NCBI GenBank assembly: GCA_965216935.1
Contig: OZ244217.1
Coordinates: forward strand, 601,827 to 665,826
Length of the DNA: 64,000 bases
Direction of reading: 5' to 3'
Source: Acidobacteriota bacterium
Lineage (GTDB): Bacteria; Acidobacteriota; UBA890
A model generated the notes under the pieces. The model was not told where the DNA came from. It did no database searches and saw only the letters and a program-made list of their open reading frames with translations. Positions 56,014 through 64,000 of this stretch are shown piece after piece; positions within the stretch are counted from its first letter, which is position 1; every line of letters starts with the position of its first letter. Position numbers and translations under genes: made by a program.

Positions 56014-57267
56014 CTACTCGCGGAAGCGCTCCACTTCGGCCCCGGCGTTGCCGAGCTTGTGGACGAGCGTCTCGTAGCCTCGGTCGAGATGGTAGAGGCG
56101 GTCGATCACGGTCTCGCCCTCGGCGGCGAGGGCCGCGAGCACCAGAGAAGCGGAAGCTCGCAGGTCGGTGGCCATGACCCGGGCACCGCCGAGCTTGCGC
56201 GGGCCGCGCACCACAGCGCTGTGCCCGTCGATGCTGACGTCGGCCCCCATTCGGTTGAGCTCGGGGACGTGCATGAAGCGGTTTTCGAAGATCGTCTCGG
56301 TGATTACCGCCGAGCCGGTGGCCTGGGTCATCAAGGCCATGTACTGCGCCTGCATGTCGGTCGGGAAGCCGGGGTGGGGCTGGGTGCGGGCGTCGACGCT
56401 GCGCAGATCCGCCCGGGCGCTGACCCGCATACCGTCGTCCGTCACCTCGACCGGCACACCGCTCTCCTGCACCTTGCCGATGACGGCTTCCAGATCCAGC
56501 GGGCGGCAATGCGTCACCTCCAGGTCGTCGCCGCACAAGGCCCCGGCGATCAGGTAGGTACCTGCCTCGATCCGGTCGGGCAGAATGCCGTGGTCGGCAC
56601 TACCGAGCCGCTCGACCCCGTGGATCTCGATCGTGTCGGTGCCGGCCCCCGTGATCGTGGCGCCCATGCTGCTGAGCAGCACGGCGAGATCACCGACCTC
56701 GGGCTCTCGCGCCGCGTTGCGCAGCACCGTCGTCCCCTCGGCCAGGACCGCTGCCAGCATCAGGTGCTCGGTGCCGCCTACGGTGGGGGCGTCGAAGATC
56801 ACTTCGGCGCCGCGCAGGCGTGCGGCTTCGGCCACGACGTACCCCTCCTCGACGTGCAGATTGGCTCCCAGCCGCGCCAGCCCGGCGAGGTGTTGGTCGA
56901 CGGGGCGAGCGCCGATGGCGCAGCCTCCGGGGAGCGAGACGCGGGCGGAGCCGGTTCGCGCCAGCAGCGGTCCCAGGACCAGGAACGAAGCACGCATCGT
57001 CTTGACCAGGTCGTACGGTGCTTCGGCGCTGGCGAACGACAACAATCTCGTCTCGACGCTGTCACCGTCGCGAGAGACCTCCACCCCGAGGTGCTCGAGC
57101 AGCCGGAGGATGGTCGAGACATCGCGCACGGCGGGCACGTTGCTCAGCCGCATCGGCTCGTCGGTCAGCAGCGCGGCGACGAGCTCGGGCAGCGCCGCAT
57201 TCTTGGCGCCGCCGACGCGGACCGACCCGCTCAGCCGGCGACCACCCTGAATGCGGAGCTTTTCCAT
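56014..57267 (-). CDS. murA: UDP-N-acetylglucosamine 1-carboxyvinyltransferase
   Basis: MEKLRIQGGRRLSGSVRVGGAKNAALP..., full-length EPT family. Confidence 0.95.
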   Translation of the reverse strand: MEKLRIQGGRRLSGSVRVGGAKNAALPELVAALLTDEPMRLSNVPAVRDVSTILRLLEHLGVEVSRDGDSVETRLLSFASAEAPYDLVKTMRASFLVLGPLLARTGSARVSLPGGCAIGARPVDQHLAGLARLGANLHVEEGYVVAEAARLRGAEVIFDAPTVGGTEHLMLAAVLAEGTTVLRNAAREPEVGDLAVLLSSMGATITGAGTDTIEIHGVERLGSADHGILPDRIEAGTYLIAGALCGDDLEVTHCRPLDLEAVIGKVQESGVPVEVTDDGMRVSARADLRSVDARTQPHPGFPTDMQAQYMALMTQATGSAVITETIFENRFMHVPELNRMGADVSIDGHSAVVRGPRKLGGARVMATDLRASASLVLAALAAEGETVIDRLYHLDRGYETLVHKLGNAGAEVERFRE

Positions 57268-57276
57268 GAATACATG

Positions 57277-59709
57277 CTACCCGGTAGGCCCGGCGCGGCG
57301 GACCGAGCAGGCGCCGCCGCCGTCGTTGCAGCCCGGCTCGCGCAGGGTGCGCTCGAACAGCTCGAAGATCCTCCGATACTCGTCGGTCCACGAGGCGGGC
57401 TCGACGAACCCGTGATTCTCCACCGGGTACACGGCGAGCTCCCAGTTCTCCTTGCCCAGCTCGATGAGCCTCTGCGCCAGACGCACGACGTCGGAGAAGT
57501 GCACGTTGGTGTCGATCATGCCGTGCAACATCACCAGGTGCTGGTCGGGGCGGAAGTTCTCGGCGAAGTAGATCGGCGAGGACTTCTCGTAGGCTTCTTC
57601 GTCCTCGTGGGGGAGGTTGAGAATCCGGCTCGTGTATCCGTGGTTGTAGTGGGCCCAGTCGGTCACCGAGCGCAGCGCCGCTCCCGACTTGAAGGTATCC
57701 GGCGCGGTGAACAGGCCCATCAACGTGATGAACCCGCCATAGGAGCCTCCGTACAGGCCGATGCGGTCGGCGTCGACGCCCTCGTTGGCGACCAGCCAGC
57801 GGGCTCCGTCCACCTGGTCGGACAGGTCCTTGCCACCCATCCAGCGATAGATCCCCGTACGCCATTCGGCCCCGTATCCGGCGGACCCGCGGTAGTCGAT
57901 GTCGAGAACCGTGTAGCCGGCGGCGGCGAGGAACTGGTTGAACTGGTATTCGCGGTAGTACGAGGACCAGTAGTTGTGCACGTTGTGCAGGTACCCGGCG
58001 CCGTGCACGAAGATGACGCCGCCGCCGTTGGCTTCGGCCCCCATGTCGGCCGGTCGATAGATGCGCGCCGGCACCAACGTACCGTCCTCGGCGGGAAAGC
58101 GGACGATCTCGGGCTTGATCCAGGGAAACGAGGCCCATTCGTCCGTCGGCGACGCGGTCACCTGAAACATGTCCATGGCGTCGTCCGCGGCGGCGACATA
58201 CAGCTCGGGCGGCCGATTGGCGACATCGTGCACGACGGCCAGCCGATCGCCGTCGGGAGACGGGGTGCCGACGAAACGGCCATCGCCCTCGGTGAGCGCT
58301 TCACGACCACCGCCATCGAAGGCCATACGGAAGACGTGCTCGTTGAAGGGCGAGCCTTCGTTCGTACGCAGGAGGAACCCGTCGCGCTGCTCGGGAATCG
58401 AGACGCTCAGGACTTCCCATTCGCCCTCCGTCAACGCCTGTTTGTCCGAGCCATCGGCGTTCACGGCGTAAAGGTGGGCGTAGCCGCTAGCCTCGCTGAC
58501 GAAGTACAGGCGGTCGGAGTCCGGCAGGAAGCCGACGCAGGCGGCGAAGCACGGCCCTGCGACCCAGGCATCGTCGCGCAGATGGTCGAGGAGCGTGCGT
58601 TCTCCGCTGGCCGCGTCGATCGACCACAGCCAGCGGTCCTTGTCGTCGAAGGAAACTACGAAGGCGAACGCCGTCGTTCCGGCATCGTTCCAACCACTGC
58701 TGAATACGCGCGGCGGCTGGTCGGCCTCGTGGCCGTCCGGCGCGACATCGATCCAGTTGATCTCGCCGGTGGCCGTGGCAACGATGCCGAGGCGTGACGC
58801 GCCCTGCGCGTCGCCGACTTTCGTGCGGACGTTGAGGTCCCGCGTATAACCGTCCTCGGTCACCCAGTCGGGGACGATGGTTCCGGTCGCGGCGCTGGCC
58901 GGTGTCGCGGCGCGCAGGATGACGTAGTCGCCGGCGCGGGTCGGCGTCAGGCCCTGCACCCGTTCATTCCGCTCCAGGTAAACCGTCTCCGGGTCTTCGT
59001 CGGCCGCCTCGCGGCGCTCCTCCGCCCGATCGCGTCGCGCCCTGTCGCGGCGTATGTGGGCGAAGAGCTCGAGTTGCTGCTCCTCCAGGAACGCCTTGTG
59101 TCCTTCGGCGGGCGAGTCCTCGCGCGGCGGGGTCTGGGTCGAGATGCGGGTGATCTGTTCGAGCTCTCCGTCCTCGATGCCCAGGCGAAAGAGATTCGTG
59201 CCGCGGCGGAAGATGACCGACGCTCCGTCGGCGGAGAAGAGCGGCTGCCCTTCGCTGTCTTCGGTGTGGGTGAGCCGTTCGACGGCGAGGGTCCGGCGAT
59301 CGACGAGGTAGAGGTCGCCGGCGATCGCCGAGACCCGCCAGCGTCGATCGGCTGAGAGGTCGCCCGCGGCCAGCAGCGGCTCGGCCCGTCTTGCCTCCTC
59401 GTCGCTGACCTGCTGCAGGTCGCTGCCGTCGGCGCGGACACGGTAGGTCGAGGCCTCCGCGTCCCAATCCAATCCCCCCGGTCGCCAGCGGAAGTACACC
59501 CAGGCGGAGTCGTCCGTCCAGCGCACCTGGGAAGGTGCCTGGCCGACGTGCTCCTGGGCCCGCATGATGTTGCGGATCGACAGCTCGAACCCTTCGCCGC
59601 GCACGGGCTCCGGGACAAAGGCGGCGGTGCTTTGAGCGCCGACCGGGATGGAAGCGAGTGGGGCGATCGCGAGTCCCACGAGCCCGACGATGACGAAGGA
59701 CCTTTTCAT
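57277..59709 (-). CDS. S9-family serine peptidase (prolyl oligopeptidase/DPP-like; beta-propeller plus alpha/beta hydrolase), exported
   Basis: Signal peptide after ATG 59709. C-terminal GGSYGG nucleophile elbow and ...MLHGMIDTNVHF. Confidence 0.85.
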   Translation of the reverse strand: MKRSFVIVGLVGLAIAPLASIPVGAQSTAAFVPEPVRGEGFELSIRNIMRAQEHVGQAPSQVRWTDDSAWVYFRWRPGGLDWDAEASTYRVRADGSDLQQVSDEEARRAEPLLAAGDLSADRRWRVSAIAGDLYLVDRRTLAVERLTHTEDSEGQPLFSADGASVIFRRGTNLFRLGIEDGELEQITRISTQTPPREDSPAEGHKAFLEEQQLELFAHIRRDRARRDRAEERREAADEDPETVYLERNERVQGLTPTRAGDYVILRAATPASAATGTIVPDWVTEDGYTRDLNVRTKVGDAQGASRLGIVATATGEINWIDVAPDGHEADQPPRVFSSGWNDAGTTAFAFVVSFDDKDRWLWSIDAASGERTLLDHLRDDAWVAGPCFAACVGFLPDSDRLYFVSEASGYAHLYAVNADGSDKQALTEGEWEVLSVSIPEQRDGFLLRTNEGSPFNEHVFRMAFDGGGREALTEGDGRFVGTPSPDGDRLAVVHDVANRPPELYVAAADDAMDMFQVTASPTDEWASFPWIKPEIVRFPAEDGTLVPARIYRPADMGAEANGGGVIFVHGAGYLHNVHNYWSSYYREYQFNQFLAAAGYTVLDIDYRGSAGYGAEWRTGIYRWMGGKDLSDQVDGARWLVANEGVDADRIGLYGGSYGGFITLMGLFTAPDTFKSGAALRSVTDWAHYNHGYTSRILNLPHEDEEAYEKSSPIYFAENFRPDQHLVMLHGMIDTNVHFSDVVRLAQRLIELGKENWELAVYPVENHGFVEPASWTDEYRRIFELFERTLREPGCNDGGGACSVRRAGPTG

Positions 59710-59851
59710 GATGACCTCAGGCTGTTTCGGGGGGAGCTCGGGGAAGCCTAGCAGGCCTGCGGAGCTCCGCCGCGCCGACGGTGGCGACGACCCCCAGCCC
59801 GGACGGAGGTCGAGCGGTCGTCGCACCGATCGCGATGGTGTCTCGGCCTGC

Positions 59852-62800
59852 CTAGCGCGGCGGCTCCAGCACGATGCTCTCGTCGTTCGGGTCGACCGGG
59901 TCGAGGCCGAGGCGCTGCAGCTCGGCGTTCACCGCCGCCAGGTCCGTGTCCCACACTTCCTGCAGGCGCCCGGTGTAGCCCTCGAGCTCCTCGACCATGA
60001 TGCCGAACACCTCGCGCATACCGTCGTTGGGGGCGCCGTCGCCGCGCTCCACCATCGACAGCAGGTTGGCGAGCCGGTTGTTCACCTTGATGGGGAAGTT
60101 CAGTGGATCCTGACCGGACCGATTCCGCACCTGATAGATGTTGGCCTCGACCTCGGACGCGTTGGTGACGAAGCGCTCGGCGGTTTGCGCCAGCCCGCCG
60201 TCATCGGATTCGGCCAGGCGCTCCTCGATCTGCGCCTTGGCCCTGCGGATGGCGATGACGGCGTTGTTGGCCTCGGTCACCTTGCTCTTGATCTCGCGGG
60301 CGAAGGTGAACTGCTGCTGCATGTCCTGCACGGTGACGTCGGTGATCAACGGGTTGGCGCGTACCTCGAGATCGGTGCTCTGCGTGGTCTCGTCGGTGAT
60401 CAAGCGCACCGTGTAGTTGCCGGGCGGGACCCGCGGGCCGGCCATACGAGCGCCCCACAGGATCATGCCGGGGAACGACGGTGGCGGATCGGTCTGCAGG
60501 TTCCAGCTCAGGTGGTTCATGCCCTCGCGCAGCGGCAGGCTGGCACCGCCGAACCCGCCGAATCCACCGCGGCCGCCTCCCTGCGCGGCCGGACGTCGCG
60601 GCTCGATCGTGCGCAGGACCTCGCCGGTCTCGTCGAGGATCTCCAACCTGGCGTTGCTCGGTGTATCGCTGAGCCAGTACGAGAGCGTGGCACCGCCCGC
60701 CGACCGGTAGGCGGCGGCCGGCTGGAACAGCACGACGGACTCGTCGGTGATTCCGGGCCGTGCCTGACGCAGCGGCGCGATGTTGTCGAGCACCCAGAAA
60801 CCACGACCGTGGCTGGCGATGACCAGCTCGTTGTGCTCGACGATCAGGTCGACGATCGGCAGGTCGGGCAGGCCGGGGTTGAGCCCTTCCCACGATGCGC
60901 CGTCGTCGTAGGAGATGTAGACGCCGTGGTTGGTGGCGGCGTAGAGCAGACCGGGACGGTTGGGATCCTCGCGGACGGCGTTCACATAGGCGTCGTCACG
61001 AATCCCGTTGACGATCTTGGTCCAGCTGGCGCCGTAATCGTCGGTCTTCCAGATGTAGGGGCGGAAATCGTCGAGCAGCGGCAAGCGTGCCGAGACGTAC
61101 GCCCGGCCGGCGTCGAAAGCCGACGCGTCGATCTGGCTGACGCGGCCGAAATCGGGCATGTCGGGCGGGGTGACATTGTCCCAGGTGTCGCCGCCGTTGC
61201 GGGTCACGTGCACCAGTCCGTCGTCGGATCCTGTCCAGATGACATCGACGTCGACCTTACCCGGCCCCACCGAGAAGATCGTCGCGTAGACCTCGGGACC
61301 GTTCATGTCTCCGGTGATCGGGCCGCCGGAATGGCCCAGCGTCTCGGGGTCGGCGCGGGTAAGGTCCGGGCTGAGTACCTCCCAGGAGTTACCGCCGTTG
61401 GTCGTCTTCCACAGGCGGTTCGAGGAAACGAACAGCGCCTCGTTGTCGATCGGCGAGAAGATGATCGGGAACGTCCACTGCCAGCGCTCGACCATGTCGG
61501 CGGCCGGCTCACCGGAGTAGAACCAGGGGTACGGGTTGACCTCCCGCGAGATGCCGATCGAGCGGTTGTACTTGTCGATGTAGCGTCCGTTGTTCGTCCC
61601 GGAGTAGAAGAGGTCGACGTCGACCGGGTCCGGGGCGATGTAACCGGGCTCGCCACCGCCGGCGCGGTAGGCGACGTCCATCGAACCTTCGGTGACGGTG
61701 CGGGGGGCCGCACCACCGCCGCGGCCGCCGCCGAAGCCGCCGCGACCGCCGCCGCCGAAGCCGAAGCGGCCGGCGTTCCAGTCGGAAGGCAGGCACAGCG
61801 TGCTGTTGTCCTGCTGCGAGCCGCAGACGTGGAACGGCATGTGGGCGGTCGTCACCGCGTGATAAAACTGCGCCGTCGGAAACTCCTGGTCGGTCCAGCT
61901 TCCTCCCGTGTTGACGCTCACTGCGCCGCCGCCGTCGTTGGCGACGACCAGGTGGGTCGGGTCGTCCGGATCGATCCACAGGTCGTGATGGTCGCCGTGG
62001 GTGCCGGTCAGGCGGCCGTAGGTGGCGCCCCCGTCCTCGCTGCGATAGAGGCCCGTGTTCTGGATGTAGACGACGTCGGGGTCCTGATGGTCGGCGAATA
62101 CGTGCGTGTAGTAGAAGGCGCGCTGGCGGATGGCACGGTCGTCGTTGACCAGCTCCCAGGTGGCGCCGGCGTCGTTGCTGCGAAACAGACCACCGTTGTC
62201 GTTCTCGAACAGTGAATACACGACGTTCGAGTCGGCGCTCGATACCGCCAGGCCGATGCGGCCGACCACACCCTCCTGTGGCATACCGGGGTTGCGGGTG
62301 ATCTCGGTCCACGTATCGCCGCCGTCCGTGCTCTTGAACATGCCGCTGCCCGGCCCGCCCGAGGACATGGTGTATTCCTTGCGAAACGCCTCCCAGAGGG
62401 CCGCGTAGATCACGTCCGGGTTGTTGCGGTCGATGGCGATGTCGATGGCGCCGGTCTGGGCGTTCCGGAAGAGAACCCGATCCCACGTATCGCCGCCGTC
62501 GGTGCTGCGAAAGACACCGCGCTCCTCGCTCGGCACCGGGTACTTGCCGAACGAAGCGACGTAGATGATGTCCGGATTCGTCGGGTGGATGCGGATCTTC
62601 GAGATACCGTGTGAATCACGGAAGCCGACGTGCTCCCAGGTCTCGCCCGCGTCCCTGCTGCGGTAGACGCCGTCACCCGGGAGAATGTTGCCGCGGATGC
62701 AGGTTTCCCCGGTGCCGATCAACACCAGGTTCGGGTTGGTCTCGCTCACTGCCACGGCGCCGACCGAGGAGGACGTGATCTGGAAATCGGTGATCGGTTC

Positions 62801-63064
62801 CCAGTTCTCCCCGGCATCGGTGGTCTTCCACAGGCCGCCACCGACCGCCCCGAAATAGGCCACTTCGGGCTGGCCGATGACGCCGGTGGCGGCGATCGAG
62901 CGGCCGCCGCGGTCCGGGCCGATGTTGCGCCAGCGGTAGCCCTCCATCAGGGCGTCGTCGATCGTGGCGCCCGCCTCCTGCGCCAACGGCTCGGGGATCG
63001 ACCCCACGAGCATGGATAGAGCGATGAGCGTTATTACGGCGAGAATGAGACGCTTCGCGAACAT
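59852..63064 (-). CDS. BNR/Asp-box repeat protein of the sortilin/Vps10-like (glycosyl hydrolase-like) type, exported
   Basis: At least 9 Asp-box repeats (SRDAGETW, STDGGDTW, SNDAGATW, SEDGGATY, TNGGNSW, TRNGGDTW, TDDYGASW, YDDGASW). Signal peptide after ATG 63064. Two Gly/Arg-rich inserts. Confidence 0.8.
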   Translation of the reverse strand: MFAKRLILAVITLIALSMLVGSIPEPLAQEAGATIDDALMEGYRWRNIGPDRGGRSIAATGVIGQPEVAYFGAVGGGLWKTTDAGENWEPITDFQITSSSVGAVAVSETNPNLVLIGTGETCIRGNILPGDGVYRSRDAGETWEHVGFRDSHGISKIRIHPTNPDIIYVASFGKYPVPSEERGVFRSTDGGDTWDRVLFRNAQTGAIDIAIDRNNPDVIYAALWEAFRKEYTMSSGGPGSGMFKSTDGGDTWTEITRNPGMPQEGVVGRIGLAVSSADSNVVYSLFENDNGGLFRSNDAGATWELVNDDRAIRQRAFYYTHVFADHQDPDVVYIQNTGLYRSEDGGATYGRLTGTHGDHHDLWIDPDDPTHLVVANDGGGAVSVNTGGSWTDQEFPTAQFYHAVTTAHMPFHVCGSQQDNSTLCLPSDWNAGRFGFGGGGRGGFGGGRGGGAAPRTVTEGSMDVAYRAGGGEPGYIAPDPVDVDLFYSGTNNGRYIDKYNRSIGISREVNPYPWFYSGEPAADMVERWQWTFPIIFSPIDNEALFVSSNRLWKTTNGGNSWEVLSPDLTRADPETLGHSGGPITGDMNGPEVYATIFSVGPGKVDVDVIWTGSDDGLVHVTRNGGDTWDNVTPPDMPDFGRVSQIDASAFDAGRAYVSARLPLLDDFRPYIWKTDDYGASWTKIVNGIRDDAYVNAVREDPNRPGLLYAATNHGVYISYDDGASWEGLNPGLPDLPIVDLIVEHNELVIASHGRGFWVLDNIAPLRQARPGITDESVVLFQPAAAYRSAGGATLSYWLSDTPSNARLEILDETGEVLRTIEPRRPAAQGGGRGGFGGFGGASLPLREGMNHLSWNLQTDPPPSFPGMILWGARMAGPRVPPGNYTVRLITDETTQSTDLEVRANPLITDVTVQDMQQQFTFAREIKSKVTEANNAVIAIRRAKAQIEERLAESDDGGLAQTAERFVTNASEVEANIYQVRNRSGQDPLNFPIKVNNRLANLLSMVERGDGAPNDGMREVFGIMVEELEGYTGRLQEVWDTDLAAVNAELQRLGLDPVDPNDESIVLEPPR

Positions 63065-63175
63065 GAGCCGGCTCCGGATCGTGGGGATGGGTTCGTCGAG
63101 CTCCGCTCGAAATCTATCGCCGGGCCGGCATTCGGGCAACCGGCGCGAGGGTGCTGGCTGCGTCTTGGGTCGGTC

Positions 63176-64000
63176 TCAGTTTCGCGTGGCTCGATCGTGG
63201 GGCGGTGGAGGCTGTTGCGCCTCCACGTGCATCTCGAGGTAGGCGCGCGCAAAGCGCCGGCCCAACGAGAGTTGGCCCTCCGTGTCGTAGTGCAGGCGGT
63301 CGTCGTGCTTGGACAGCTCCGCGGTGGACACCATCCGTGACGCCGGAATGCGGCCGGGCGCACTCGCTTGGGCGTCGCGAACATCGGCAGTGGCCGGGTA
63401 GCGGTCGGGCGGCGGGTCGACCTGCCCGAAAAGAAACGGCAGTTCCGGGGCGCCGAGGTCTTCGCGCAGCCGCCGGACGAACATCTCGAGGTTGGCGGCA
63501 TAAGCCGCCCCCGCCGGCGGGAAACGGGCGTCTCGCTCGCCCTGCATCCACAAGACGCCGGCCATGCGAGCGCCTTGACCCAGGCGCGGCCGCACCGTCG
63601 CCACCATCTCGAGAAGTTGCTCGTAGAGCGGCCCCCTGCCCTCGTTTTGTGTCACCCGGGCCGACTCCGCAGTCCACTCCGGCGCCCAGGCCAGCAGGGA
63701 AGTGCCGCCGACGGCGTACTTGAGCAGCACGATCGACGTGTCCGGCAGGGCCCGCGACAGCTCGTGCGCGAACGTCACCTCGGGGCCGAAGCGCTCGTTG
63801 GCGGCGAAGTCGGCGCGCTCGCCGTCGAGGAAGTACAGGACGTTCGAGGGCATCGTCCGGAGCGTCTCGTCCAGATCCGCCGTGTTCCCCTGGCCGACCA
63901 TGTTCGACTGGCCGGAGAGGATGAAAACGAGCGACTCACGGGTCTGCGTGCTCGCGTCGGCGCTCGCGGTGGCGTCCGCATCGGTGCCGGAAGCGGTGTC
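63176..64000 (-). CDS. SGNH-hydrolase / sialate O-acetylesterase-like carbohydrate esterase; 5' end lies outside the window
   Basis: ILSGQSNMVGQG (SGNH block I) is in frame up to the window edge with no stop. The C-terminal block contains DRLHYD. Confidence 0.7.
   Translation of the reverse strand, partial: DTASGTDADATASADASTQTRESLVFILSGQSNMVGQGNTADLDETLRTMPSNVLYFLDGERADFAANERFGPEVTFAHELSRALPDTSIVLLKYAVGGTSLLAWAPEWTAESARVTQNEGRGPLYEQLLEMVATVRPRLGQGARMAGVLWMQGERDARFPPAGAAYAANLEMFVRRLREDLGAPELPFLFGQVDPPPDRYPATADVRDAQASAPGRIPASRMVSTAELSKHDDRLHYDTEGQLSLGRRFARAYLEMHVEAQQPPPPHDRATRN

Noticed and set aside
1-64000. tRNA, rRNA, tmRNA, RNase P and SRP RNA.
   Set aside because: No T-loop GTTCGAATC-type signatures and no conserved cores of these RNAs were seen on either strand. 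This was not exhaustively searched without tools.

Overview
This 64 kb window is high-GC (roughly 68-70 %) chromosomal DNA from a diderm bacterium. It encodes an Omp85-type outer-membrane barrel, a LapB-like protein and MurA. I found no rRNA, tRNA, CRISPR array, transposase or integrase.

**Glycan locus, 1-18.7 kb.** The first 18.7 kb is a single-strand, tightly translationally coupled glycan-biosynthesis locus. Its stop and start codons overlap repeatedly (ATGA, GTGA). It contains:
- six GT4 glycosyltransferases plus one degenerate GT4-like protein;
- UDP-glucose 6-dehydrogenase;
- a protein with an N-terminal coiled-coil-like region and a C-terminal SAM-methyltransferase domain;
- two Dpm1/GtrB-like GT2 polyprenyl-phosphate glycosyltransferases;
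- a stand-alone MprF-type 'flippase-like' membrane protein;
- two large polytopic GT-C-like membrane proteins.

No Wzx, Wzy, Wzz or ABC exporter is visible. I read the GT2, flippase-like and GT-C genes as a polyprenyl-monophosphate-sugar-dependent periplasmic glycosylation module. This is the most likely candidate for an undescribed system in the window.

**Housekeeping DNA downstream.**
- A lipoprotein, ygfZ, an MBL hydrolase and a VanZ-like protein.
- A minus-strand block dprA-topA-(arginase-like)-trmFO-tlpA-xerC-hslV-hslU-(FN3 lipoprotein)-dapF. This recapitulates the Bacillus smf-topA-gid-codV-clpQ-clpY order.
- A 1029-aa outer-membrane protein that fuses an HExxH domain, PD40 beta-propeller repeats and an Omp85 barrel.

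**Accessory islet, about 41.6-46.4 kb.** This lower-GC stretch holds a truncated paralog remnant, a small membrane ORF, a beta-propeller lipoprotein, a two-gene TA-like cassette and a vapBC module. The TA-like cassette has a promoter bracketed by an operator-like inverted repeat and a near-leaderless transcript. An AT-rich divergent promoter separates vapBC from a coiled-coil hypothetical gene.

**Remainder, 46.5-64 kb.** rplU-rpmA-obg-nadD-rsfS-rlmH, dksA-like, a LapA/LapB-fusion-like protein, comF-like, an enolase-superfamily protein, a crotonase, HIT, GNAT, MarR, murA, an S9 peptidase, a BNR/sortilin-like protein and a partial SGNH esterase.

**Repeats.** Three intergenic tandem arrays built around palindromic hexamers or hairpins stand out: a 23-bp array of about 7 units (TCCGGA), a 15-bp array of 4 units (GAGCTC) and a 40-bp array of about 2.5 units (hairpin). 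A hexanucleotide microsatellite also lies inside the arginase-family gene.

All calls are from reading the sequence and ORF translations. No database search was run.
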